Made by a program: the position numbers and the translations under genes. The notes beneath the pieces were generated by a model. That model was not told where the DNA came from, did not search any database, and worked only from the letters and a program-made list of their open reading frames with translations. From Patellaria atrata CBS 101060 (lineage: Eukaryota), in the NCBI GenBank assembly GCA_010093705.1, contig MU006109.1, positions 186,001 through 222,008 on the forward strand: a stretch of 36,008 bases of DNA, given 5' to 3'. Of this stretch, positions 1 to 11,700 are shown one piece after another (position 1 is the first letter of the stretch; every line of letters starts with the position of its first letter).

Positions 1-80
1 GAAACACTCTCTCTATCTCCAAGCTCTTTTCAAACCCAAAAAATCATAGTACAGTACGCTTCACTATGCTAATGCCAGAG

Positions 81-107
81 TTTTTTTTTTTTTTTTCTTT
101 TTTTTTT
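81..107 (+). repeat. Poly(T) tract T16-C-T10 (poly(A) on the NUP192 sense strand, in its 3' region)
   Basis: Read directly; begins about 24 nt after the NUP192 stop codon. Confidence 0.9.
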
Positions 108-130
108 GGAATCCAATACTCCAACATCCA

Positions 131-3100
131 CTAGGAAAACTGAGCATGCGCCGCCTTACTTGTATGCAGGGTATTAGTCTCTTCGAACTAAAAATTCACG
201 GTCAGTACTACGGTTGAAATACCCCGGACTGTGTGAACCTACTTCAAGGAAATCCGTCGCCGCAATCAAAAGCGTAAAATTATCCACCAGATCTGAAAGA
301 TCTCCACTGTTTTCATTATTCACACCACCTACTCTAGCATGTCGCTTGAAGATCGCTACGACCGTATGCCGGTTCTCGTTCAAGAACTGTGTAGCTTGTT
401 GGATTGTCTGGTCATTTTGAGGACCTCTACTAAGGACAACTGAGTTAATGACTTGGAGGACGGAAAGCATTAGACTGAAGAACTTCTTCAAAGCGCCAGG
501 GTTTTCAAATTCTGTACGAGGTTAGATTTACACAACAATCATTGTTACTGCTGTACATACGTAAACCAAGATCTGGGTCCACCGAAAATATCTGTGAATC
601 TCGAACGGACTGAAAGAGGCCAGCATTTGTTACATGGGCAGCCCCTGAACGGGTTCGCGATATTCGTAGTAGTAATGATAGTGCGGCATCATAATAAGAA
701 AGAACAAGCGGAAGATCTAATAAATGCATATCAGCAGGGCGGAATATAAATACTGGAGCATACTTACCAGATGCGTGCAGACTTTGAAGCTCTGCGGGTA
801 TATTTTTGATACTGTCAACCAACACATAGATGAAGTTAAGTCGAACGAAAGATTCTATTAGATAGTTTGATTCTTCCTGGATCGCAAGAGAGACCAATGT
901 GTCCAGCGTCAAAAGAGCGGATATCTTGCACGTCCCCTCTCCAGCATACGCATCATCGCAGATAGTTTCAATCAGTCTTTCACCTGCAAGCTTGATGGTT
1001 CGTATGCTATGGCGACCCATGTTCGATCCCTTGCTAGTTGCATCCCCGGTAAGTTTTGGACCTTTAGTAGAACCTCTAAGGTAGCGGTAACAGACCTGGT
1101 ATAAGATCTCTCGAAGTTTTGAAGAGCCAACGAGACAAGTAACTCCTGCTAGAGAAGCACGGAATACCTGGAAGAGCCTATCATTGGCGTAATCACCCGT
1201 CTTTGTCCGCTCTAGGATTTTCGATGCGAAATCGATATCCCGTACTAATGCCCGAGAAAGATCTGCAAGTATCAAGGCGGTTTTCGGATCTTCAGAAAAT
1301 GATTTCTCCAATTTCGGAAGTATGAGTTGGAAAGCTCGTAATATTAGGGATGTTTTGAGGCTGGCTTCAAAGTCACTGCTTTGCATGAAAACGGTCATGA
1401 GCTGAGCCCAGGACTCTAAAACATCAGCTTGTTTCTGTGCGATCAGATGGCCTTGATTATGACCATGAAGATATGTTAGAACAAGTTGAGCTTCTGTCTG
1501 AAATTCTTGTTCGTGCGCTGGGGAACTGAGAGCACCTTCTTTCTTAAGCTGATTCTTCTTGAGAGTTATGAGCTCTATAACTTGATCTAGATCGTACAGT
1601 GTTGCACTTCCAGTACCGGAGGATCTGGATATCTCGAAATTCAAGTCCTTCAGATGTTTCAATGTTGGCTTTCTGAAATTGCCAGGGACATTCAAGTCGG
1701 TGACGTCAAACAGGTCGAAAATGCTAGGATTCGGTATTTGCTCACCAGTCAAGAGGACTGTAGTACCGAGTAACGCGGATTGAACGCGTGCTTTGAGAGT
1801 TGGAGAACCTGACTGAGAAAGGGTTCGTATTTCTCGAGAGAGGTAATCATAAAAAGCGCCGCGCTCCGTGAGGAAGTCAATGAATGCTATGGCAGATTCA
1901 GAAAATACAAAATCTGGATCAGTAATGGGAAGGCCATCCCAGGGAGTTTGAGTGCCAACCGTAATCTGATTCACAAACTGTACGAATAAGTACTCATTAC
2001 TTCTTAATTCTGTCAGGGTATAAATTGATGATAGGGGTGAGCTCCAAAGTTTTTGGAGTATCTGGATGCAGTATCGTCTGATTGTTGTCATCCACGGGCG
2101 GAAAGATCGGATGTCACTTTGCGGGTATTCAAGTGTCAGCTTTAGTACTGAGTGGAATAAGGAAGTCCCACTAGCAAAAAGGCTATCGTCGGCTATATCT
2201 ATTGTGGTACTATTGCAAACGAACCCTAGAAGTAAGTGTGCGAGCGTAGGTTTGGTTGGAGAAGCAGCAATAGAGCCATCCAAGAATTTCAGGATATTCA
2301 GCTTAATATGGTAGCCTGGTGAGTCAGCTCCGACCTCAAGTTCTCTAGGGTCGAGCTCCAGTGCCGAACAAAGAGCTCTTGAGATTCTCTCTGCTTCGTC
2401 GTTCTTTTCCATGATAGCGATTAGGCGACTTCTCTCTGCTCTTTGATTAAACCCAATATTTGGCGATACCGCGAGTTTCCGAGAAGAAGCCAATTTCTCC
2501 AGTAGATTCAGTGATACGATGGTCAGGTCCTGGTTTCCGGTCCCGCAGTAGAGACCTAGATCCACAACAAGTTGAAGGTTCCCCAAAATTGCATCTTCGA
2601 AGGAGGCAAGTGAGGAATTAGACACTATTCGACTACGATTTGGGGACTGGATTTTAACGATCGGTCGCACTATATCCAGATACGTAGACTGAAGCTTCAT
2701 AACCAAATCCATGACTTGAATGCTTCTAACCAAAGACATGATCAACGGTGAGTTTGTAGCCGCAATATTAACCTCGTCAACATCTTGGTGAGCTGCCGCA
2801 AACAAAGCTTGCAAAACTTTGTCGTTGAAGACCCATTCCATAACTCGCGCAAAGGGGTGAAGTCTAACGTAAGCAGAAAGGGATGATGATTCGATGGCCT
2901 TGTCAATACCGACGTTAGCTCGATTCGCAAAAATAACCAGGTGCTCATTGAAAGTGTTCAAACAAGTATGGATGAGATTTAGACAGTTCCACTGAAGAAT
3001 GCGGACCTGGATTAGGTCCTGGATTTCCAAGCTCTTGTAACCGAATATCCTGCCGACGACAAAATCAATGTAGAATTCAATGCCCGGCATTCGGTACGCA

Positions 3101-5358
3101 GAGCCTAGGTTCTCTGGGAAAGGCAAGGTATCGTGAAGCCCACTATCTGTGGGATACTGAGCAACCAGTGCTTGAAGCAATGAAACAAACGCATTAGCTT
3201 CCTCGAAAGAAGAGAATATAGCATCGAAAATTTTAGATTCTGATGTAGCATGGTTGATTTGTAAAGGGTTGGGTTTCGATACATTTGACGTTTGACCAGT
3301 TATCCATTGATCGAGCAAATTCCACATGAGCTCTGTGATGCCTGAGCTCTTCTCTGTCAATAATGACCCTAATGTATTGAAAGCGCAAGCTCTCAAACGA
3401 CTATCAATACTGCTGCTACACAACAATATCAACATTTCATGAAGGTGAAAGGTCGACTGATTCATGATGAAATCCCGAGTCGTTGATGTTTCCCGGCACA
3501 GATGTGCAACTAACCGAAGATAGCATTCTAACATCATTGCACTCTCAGGCTCCACTACTTGATCAACGTAAGACTGTCCCTGTGAATATGCGTTTGATTG
3601 GGTAGGTACAGTGAGACGATCTCGGATGGTAGCAGCATAGAATTGCAACTCTGTAAAGATCTGGTGCCAACTAAGGGAGTTTGTCCGACGGAGCTTCCCT
3701 GACGTTGATGGGCCTTCTTCAACGAGAAAGGTATTTGCAAATTTCGCGCATTCTTCACCTTCTGATATTGCAAGTAGTAGCTCACAGAATGCTGCAACTC
3801 GGGGAGTAGTTTGTCGCTTTGCTGCCCATTGCAGAAAGCCGAATAGGTTGCCCTCCGGCTCTGTCCAAAAGTTGAGAGCCGCTTCAGGATCGCCCTCGTA
3901 CGCAAATGCCATTATCAGGAGGAACCTCTCCAAGTGTGTTTCGTAGTCCACCGGTCCATTTCGAAACCGAGAATGAAATAGTCTTCTTTGGTCGTCTTCT
4001 TCGGATTTCAATTTTCTCAAGGTATCCGGCATATTACTAATAAATGAATCTGTGAAAGCTCGGAATTGCTCCATAATAGTTTTCTGGAAATGTTCGGAAG
4101 GTTTGGGGGATTCACCGGGTAGGATGGGTGTTTCCTGCAATAGAAACGAGACGATTCCTGCCCTAGCTGGGTCCCACCAGTCTGAAGCCTTCGTAGACTG
4201 ACAAATCGAAAGTATGAAATGAAAAGCGCCATCTTTCAGGGCGCTTTCGAATTGTTGCCCCCGTTGGTCTGCATCAGCGTTCACTGCATTTTCATCACCA
4301 AATCTACCGCTATATTCCGCAAGCCATATGCCAATAGTAGCCGCGTGCAGATTGCGTATCATCCAAGCTTCATTTTCTTTGTTTCCACAAATCATTTCGT
4401 GTATTGACTTCGCATCTTCAGGCAGGCATGTTCCCGCAGATGCAACAGTAGAAATAGCCGCGCTCAAAACTGGGACATAATGGATGAGAATAATGTCAGA
4501 ACGATCCATAGACTTCAATCGAGAAAGGATAAGCCGTAACTCTTCGTGCTTTGCGAAGGTCCCCTTTGCAAGAGCGGTGCAAATAGCGGCCAAGGACTCG
4601 TGTTGCTTTATCAGACTGGATTGCTGAAAATCGATAATCTCTAGCAGTTCCGGAGGTATAGTGCCACCCAATACCGAAGCTTTCTGCATCTGCATGGTCA
4701 AATTTTGTAGCCATCCCTCGATTTCTGCCATCTCGGAGAAACACTTTTGCCAATATTTGGCGATGCTTTCGATCCGTCCATTCTGAGCACCTAATACAGC
4801 TTCCACGAATGGAGTTATTCTTTGCTTGTCTTCTCCTTCTTCTCCTGGATCATCCTCATCCTCTCCTATGTTTTGTCTGTCAACAAATGCATTTATAACG
4901 AGCCGCAGACACTCCAGAAGAAATTGCCTTTCCTGGTGGAATCGAATAATTGCTGAAGAAAGAGGTGATCTATCAAGGGTTGCAGCGTTCTTTTGCGCAT
5001 CAAGGAAGAGTTTTGCGGCTTGGATCTCGTCTAAGTCCAGCTCATCAGCGAGCTTCACAGTTTCCTGCTTAAATTCATCATTAATCGCATACTCGACCTC
5101 GTCCACAGTGATGGTCTGATCTGTATCAAAAGAATTAGTACATAACAGCAAAGAAGAAGTAGTAGAGTCATTACCCTTAACTAAACTTTGTCTACTCTTT
5201 TCAGACTTGCGGGTTCTATCCAGTAGCTTTCTGAAATCCTGTTCCCTAGCTTGTAGCTCATTAGAAAGGCGATCAATGGAGGGTAAGCGACGGTCTAAGT
5301 ATGCAACGAGGTCGCGATAGAGCCCTTGGAGTCGCTCAAGGCTATCAACCTCCTCCAT
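131..5358 (-). CDS. NUP192: Nucleoporin Nup192/Nup205 (inner-ring scaffold), about 1672 aa; exons 5358-5175, 5120-768, 716-561, 511-243, 187-131
   Basis: The 1617-aa ORF plus the 174..491 ORF show Nup192-like segments (INDEFKQETVKLADELDLDEIQAAKL, FPENLGSAYRMPGIEFYIDFV, YVRLHPFARVM, FSVDPDLGL, VAIFKR). Four introns with GT donor, CTRAY branch and YAG acceptor (5174-5121, 767-717, 560-512, 242-188) splice to 5019 nt in one frame, ending HAQFS-TAG at 133..131. Confidence 0.93.
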
Positions 5359-5702
5359 GGTAGGTGTCCAGATTTAACATGAGCACACAATATAGCATGG
5401 TAGTTGTCCAAACATTGGTGTAGAGCGAATGGGTAGTTCGCATTTCGCGTCGCGTTGGCCCGAGCTTCCACCGGCCAGCTCTAATTCAACTGCACTTTCG
5501 TAGAGCTGTAACGAGCTATTTCGAAAAGTTCTAAATTTTTGATGTCCTCCCCTTCGCAACATCGTTCCGTTTGTATCAGTGACAGGATTCTAAGATAATT
5601 GAGAGATTCTGTTGCTCCCAATGTCCCGATGCTTGTATGCTCCGCTGACCGGTCTTCTATATCGGAACCCAACTGGCTCTTGTTGGAGCCCCTTTTTGCA
5701 GC
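5359..5702. promoter_or_regulatory. Bidirectional promoter region shared by NUP192 and TEL1 (344 bp between start codons)
   Basis: Divergent ATGs at 5358 (minus) and 5703 (plus); both promoters and 5' UTRs most likely lie in this interval. Confidence 0.8.
5443..5456. promoter_or_regulatory. Tandem MCB/SCB-like element TTTCGCGTCGCGTT (reverse AACGCGACGCGAAA)
   Basis: Contains two ACGCG cores and CGCGAAA, matching known fungal MBF/SBF (APSES) G1/S sites. Function here is inferred. Confidence 0.55.
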
Positions 5703-8700
5703 ATGAGCGAGGTCAATCTCTTGCAAGCCATTGGTAATTCCAATCTAATGTTACACAGATGCACTCAACTAACATCCGCGTATAGAGAACATAACCTCGT
5801 TGAGATTGAGAGACCGGACTGAAGGCCTTGCTGACCTAAAGCGAATTCTTGAACACAACCGTCGTAATACAAAGCTTGACGAGATCAAAGACGAGACATT
5901 TCACACTATATATGAATCTCTCTTCCGATTTGCATCCATTGAAAGGGCGGCATATGTGAAAGCAACGAAAAATCCACCTCGCACACAAGCCGCATCACGA
6001 TTGACAGCATGCGCTGCTACGCTAAGAGTAGCTGTGGACGTCGGTGTGCGGAAGCTTGGAGCTAAAACTGTCAAGTCACTTTTAGACCATATAATCGAGA
6101 CTCTCCCTGTAGCTGGCGAGAATTACTGCGAACCCCTAAGTTTGGGCTATGTCAAATGTATGAGCACAATTCTAGCATATGAGCCTCACGTTGAGCATCT
6201 TCTCGAAAAGGATTGGGTGAATGTTGTAGAATTCTGTATTGAAGGTTTAAGACTTCATGAGGAAGAGAATGATGCCAGGCAAAGTCTACTGAGTAATGGC
6301 CTCTCTAGGGACCGAACCCCAAGTGCATCCGCTGATCAGACTTCCCGATCCGGCACTCGAGAGCTTAGCTTCAGAGAACGACAGCCCGCAGATTCGACAG
6401 CGATATTGGACGAGTTAGTACTTTGCCTACGCTATCTAATGAGGGCCTCCAACGCCCCTATATCCACTCGTTCTGAACCAATACTTACTCCATTGATCAA
6501 ATTCCTGCAGAGTTCGAAGACGAAAAACGGCCGAGCACATCCGGATGCTGTTGCTGCAATCTCCTCCATCCTCAAAGTGTCAACCCTCAATGCTGTGGAA
6601 ATCACGCATCACGCCCTCGTAGATCTAATACCGCTATTCAAAGAAATGTGGTCAACCAAGTTGCCCTCACTGAAGGATGAAATATTGATAAGCCTCGTTC
6701 TATGCAAAACGCACATATCCAAGATGATGTCTTCACCTGATGTTGGACTTTTTGCAGATCATCTTAGGATGCTTGTTGAGTCTTTTCATAGCGACCTATC
6801 GCAACGATCTGAGAGAGAACTTTTGCAAATCGATGATCTTCGATTACAAAGCAAATGCGAGATCTTTGAGGGTTCTACAGCTCCAAGTACTTTAGCTTTT
6901 GAACTACGTAATAATCGCGCAGAGAGTCAATGGACAATAGTCAATCTGATCGCTGAATTTTCGACGTTTCTCGATCTCAGAGTTATACGTGATACTTCAG
7001 CTCGCTCTATGGATGACGGACCAGCTCCACCCAAACGACGGCATGCGTCGATCCTATTGTGGGAATACATTCGGCAGATGAATGACACGCATTTATCGAA
7101 AAGGGTTTGCGCGTTCCAGATCTTCAGTTGTATGATTCAGCAAAGAGCACTGGACGAGGAGGATGCTCAAAAGGCTCTCGAGAAAATCTCTCCTCATATT
7201 TCGGATGAAAACGGTGTAGTGTCTTCTTGGGCAATGCTCTCCGCCACCAGGTATGTCTTCACCAAACCGAAAGATCTGATGCGCTGATGCAAACTCTTGG
7301 TAGCTGTACTTTGCAACATTCAACTGCTGCGTCTAGTTTCGACTCCCTTTGGATATCCTTGTGGAACGTTGCTTCGCGCAATATTACAACATCCATCAGT
7401 TGTCGAGCAGCATGCCGCTTTATGGATGTAGCCATAAGGACAAATCGCGTAAAGTTCTCGTCCATTGCCGATACCGTTGACGGAATACTGTCTTCCATTG
7501 AAATAAACGGACCAGCTTTGCTTACTGATACCACTTCATCACTATGGATCACCATTTTGCGCATGAGGTCTGCTGAGCGTCCCAGCTCGTTTGCAAGCAT
7601 GTCTGAACGAATCCTAACCTGGCTTTTCAGCAAGTGGAACCCTAGTGAGTTTTCATCCAAGATCTGTGGACTGTTGATCCCTGACATCATTCCAGGTAAC
7701 TTCGATCAATGGGCATATTCCAAGAATCTTTCTCAAAACTGCGAACCTTTTGTAATATTGGGAATAATTTCTGCATGCATGGACCGGCCTTGCCATCCCC
7801 GCGCCTCACCCATTGTACAACTTGCAGGCCCTCTTGGACAAGCGTGGCAGGACGTGAGCAACAAACACCAAGTTGTGGAATACCTTGTCCTATTAGAGAA
7901 GTCAGATTCTTTCATAGATCATATTGGAACCATAACTCATGATTCTGCATTGAATTCCGAAGGACCAAGAAATTCATGTGAAAACCTAGTGCTTGAATTT
8001 CTTCTCACAGAAATCGACAAGACCAACTCGAAATGGATCGACTGGATGGCCGAGAAGGCGCAAAATGTCAGTAGTGATATGCTGAAGGTAGTATTAACTC
8101 TATGCATTGTGGGCGCCGCCATAGGTAAAATTGCGCATGATAATCCCTCTCGCCGGGCAGAGAGTGTCGACCGATCAGCTGGCATATTGTGCAAATCGCT
8201 TACGCGCTTCATTGCTCGTTCAGATTGTGACCAAGGCAAGGTTGATTCAGTCCTTGAATTAGTCTCTGAATGTCTGCCCAACCCATCTTACTTAGAGAGC
8301 CTTGACCCCCAAATCTTTGCGGAGAGAGGACTCTTAATGCTTGTCAGTTACCTGTATTCCGCTTTAGAAGAACGAAAGGGCCGTAGAGATTCAATACTCC
8401 TAGATGATGGGTTTGACATAATGGATATGGATGACCAATTCAACTCTCAGCGAAGCCAAGGCAGAAGCATAGACGGCCCTGATTCTCCCAGGCACGACTA
8501 CGTGGCCCGAACAGAGATAACTTCTCTTCGATCTTCTGTCACTGCATACTGTCATCTCATTTCCTTAACTGTTCAGTCATTGAATGAAAATGTGGAGTCT
8601 TCCATACTTCCTCCCAAATTTGCGGGATACTTATCTTCTCTAACTGCTCCTGAGTTCGTCGGTGCCGGACCTTTTCTTTCCAGGATACTTCCCTCCATTC

Positions 8701-11700
8701 AGATGAGCGCTGGAACTCTAGAGGAACTCTTGAATATCATGGGCGTGTCTTTTTTAGAACTCTATGAGTATAGCAGAAGTGAGGTTGCTCTTGGAATCTG
8801 TCTTGAGATAATGTCGCATTCTATCCCGCTGTGGACAGATCCCGATCAAAGATATCTAAATGAACTTGGCTTGGATATATACAAATGGTTTCTGAAAATC
8901 TCTGTCTCAAGAATGTTGACATCACCGAATGTTCAGATCAAGATGGTTCAATTGTTCCACACACTTCTCAGGAGTAATCCTGATTTCGGCCAAGACATTG
9001 CTCTTCCCTCGGTTCGGACTAGTCTTTTCAGCATTCTACACAACAATGAAATCAGCGTCAAACATTACATTGCGGAGCATATCGCCGGCGTTTTTAACCT
9101 TTTCATCCTTAGTATGCATGAAGCAATATTCAATGATGTCAGTGATAACCTGCCTAGTGATCCAAGTTGGAAGGAAGGGATTGCAATTCGCATTCTTTTT
9201 CTCTCGAGACTCGCGTCCAGCTGGCAAACACTTCTTCGGCGATGCGTGTACTATACCTTCGAGGTAGCCGCTCAAGTACCAGGTTCTAACGGTCATGCTA
9301 GGCGCTGCCTTAGCAATATTGCACATACACTGGGCCTTCCAGACTCGAAATCATTATTAAAGCTATTCGCTCCGCAGATAATCTTTACATGGTTGGAAAA
9401 CAATACAGTGGATACAATCCCTTTCGACATTTTCGGTTACGCCGACCTCTTAACTCTAATGGAGGAGATTGAGGACGAGCTTGTTGGCCAAATCATTATG
9501 CGAAAGCAAGAAGATCAGCTCACATTCGTGGCCGATTTAAAAAAGATATCGAAAGCGAAATTAGTGGAACGATGTATTGCAAAGAGCGCTGCATATAGCC
9601 TTTCAACGGACACTGTTCATTATTCGAAGTCTCTCCAGAGTAGTGAATCGATAATAAACAACATATTCGGGGTGGATTCGTACAAGAAGCTGATCAGGTC
9701 AAATTTTGCGAATGTTCTTGGTCAAATGTTTCTGTCGACTGAACAGAACGGGCAGCTTGAGAAAGCTTTAGCGAAGAAGCCAAACTATGCTGGGATTGCA
9801 GAAATACTTATGGAAATGAAAACGATCAGCTCCTCAGATTTAGTACTACCTGCAGATCAACAACCATCCTTTACCGAGAAATATCTTCTTGACAGACTGG
9901 AACGCCTTTGTCGCCGTGGATCGGTCCACTATTCTCATCTCTGGACTCCTGACATTTACGTGTACACCTTACGACTTCTGATTGACAGGATCAACACTGC
10001 CATGGGTTCTCTGCACGCTTGCTCAATTATCAGAAAGGTGCGGGTATTGGTAGCTCTAGCAGGTAGTATTCCTCACAAAGGATATCCCTTACAAATGACT
10101 TTGCGAGCATTAAGACCTTTTCTTACGGACAGCCAATGTGCAGACGATACACTAGGTATTTTTCAATATCTCGTCGATCACGGAAGAGTATTTCTGTCGT
10201 CTCAACTTCCGTTCGTAGCCGGGATTGCGCTCTCTACTCTCGTACCTCTGAGGTTATTCCTGGGTTCCTCTCAAGATAGCACTACACAAGAAAGTCAGCA
10301 TATAGGGACAATGAGCAAAGGAAAATCTTTTTATTCCTGGTTCGGAACATACCTGGAGGATTATCAGATGGATCCGGCGTCGGACCATAAAGCGAACGCA
10401 AATACGCTGGGTCTTGCAGCGTTTAAGACAATGGTCCGTTCGGCCAGCAATATAACGACCGAGGGTAATGCAAATGAAGGAGCATATGAGGGAAAGCTTC
10501 TCGAGGCATTGCTCGATGATCAAAACAGCGAGTGTAGTCTTCTGTCGGAATCTTCTCGCAATCTCGCACTCACCCTCCTTGTTCAGAATTTCGTTGGGCC
10601 ATCATCGAACAGGATTGACATGTTTGGATCAGATGAAATTGCAATCAAATATGCATCTGACGTTTGGAAATCAAGTCAGCTTGCTGGAGTCAGTGATGCA
10701 TATCTAGTTTGGACTGGTAAAGTACTTGGGCGCGCTTTCAGCTCCTCAGGTGAAGTGCCCTGGTCCCTTAAAAATATCACCCATGGGCCTCGGGCAAACG
10801 TATCACAGATGTCGATCTCGTCCGAGCAATCCATTCTTCAATGTTTATACGATCTGTTAGTCAGTGATAATCAAAGAGACGCTGGACTTGCTGAGGGAAC
10901 GTTACGCTCCATACTAGCTAAGTCCTCTGAGATTCGAAATGTTACTGAAAATATCATTCCTGAGTTCATCGTGGAAGCCCTCGAAATGAAATTGCCTATC
11001 AATCATTCATCCACTCTCCACGCAGAAAATGGAACCCGTAGCAAGTTTGTCGGTCGAGGCCCGGATGACTATGCCACCTGGATTAAATCTTTAACCATGA
11101 CTCTTCTGGCTTCTGTATCCAATGATCCAATTCTGAGCTCCCTCTCGCAAATCATTGCGAATGTATATGGAATAGCAGATAAAATGTTCCCTTTCATTCT
11201 GCATTTAGTTCTTCTGCGAGAATTCGACGGGCAACAAACAGTCCACCGCACCATTTCGGAATTATGTCAAATTCACTTCGCCCGGAATGATGGTCAAGAA
11301 AGCCCTTTTGTCCAAATCTTGACCTCAGCAATTCTGTATCTCCGTACACGTCCTTTCCCGAATGAGGCAACAGATGCTGATCGTGATCAATGGTTGACTC
11401 TAGACTATCTGCTAGCCGCCAAAGCTACCGCACGCTGCAACATTCAAAGAGCAGCCTTACTCTTTGCTGAAACGTACGCGTCTGCGCCGCCAGTACGGAG
11501 CTCTCGCCGTTCTTCCGTCTCGTTATCTCCTACTCTTCCAGCAGATCTTCTCTTGAATATATACAAAAATATTGATGAACCAGACTCTTTCTATGGGGTT
11601 GAGCAGGAGCCAAGCTTAGGTTCCGTCTTAGATCGCCTCGATTTTGAGTCTGACGGGTTAAGAAGCCTTCTCTTCCGTAGTGCAAGGATTGACAGCCAGA

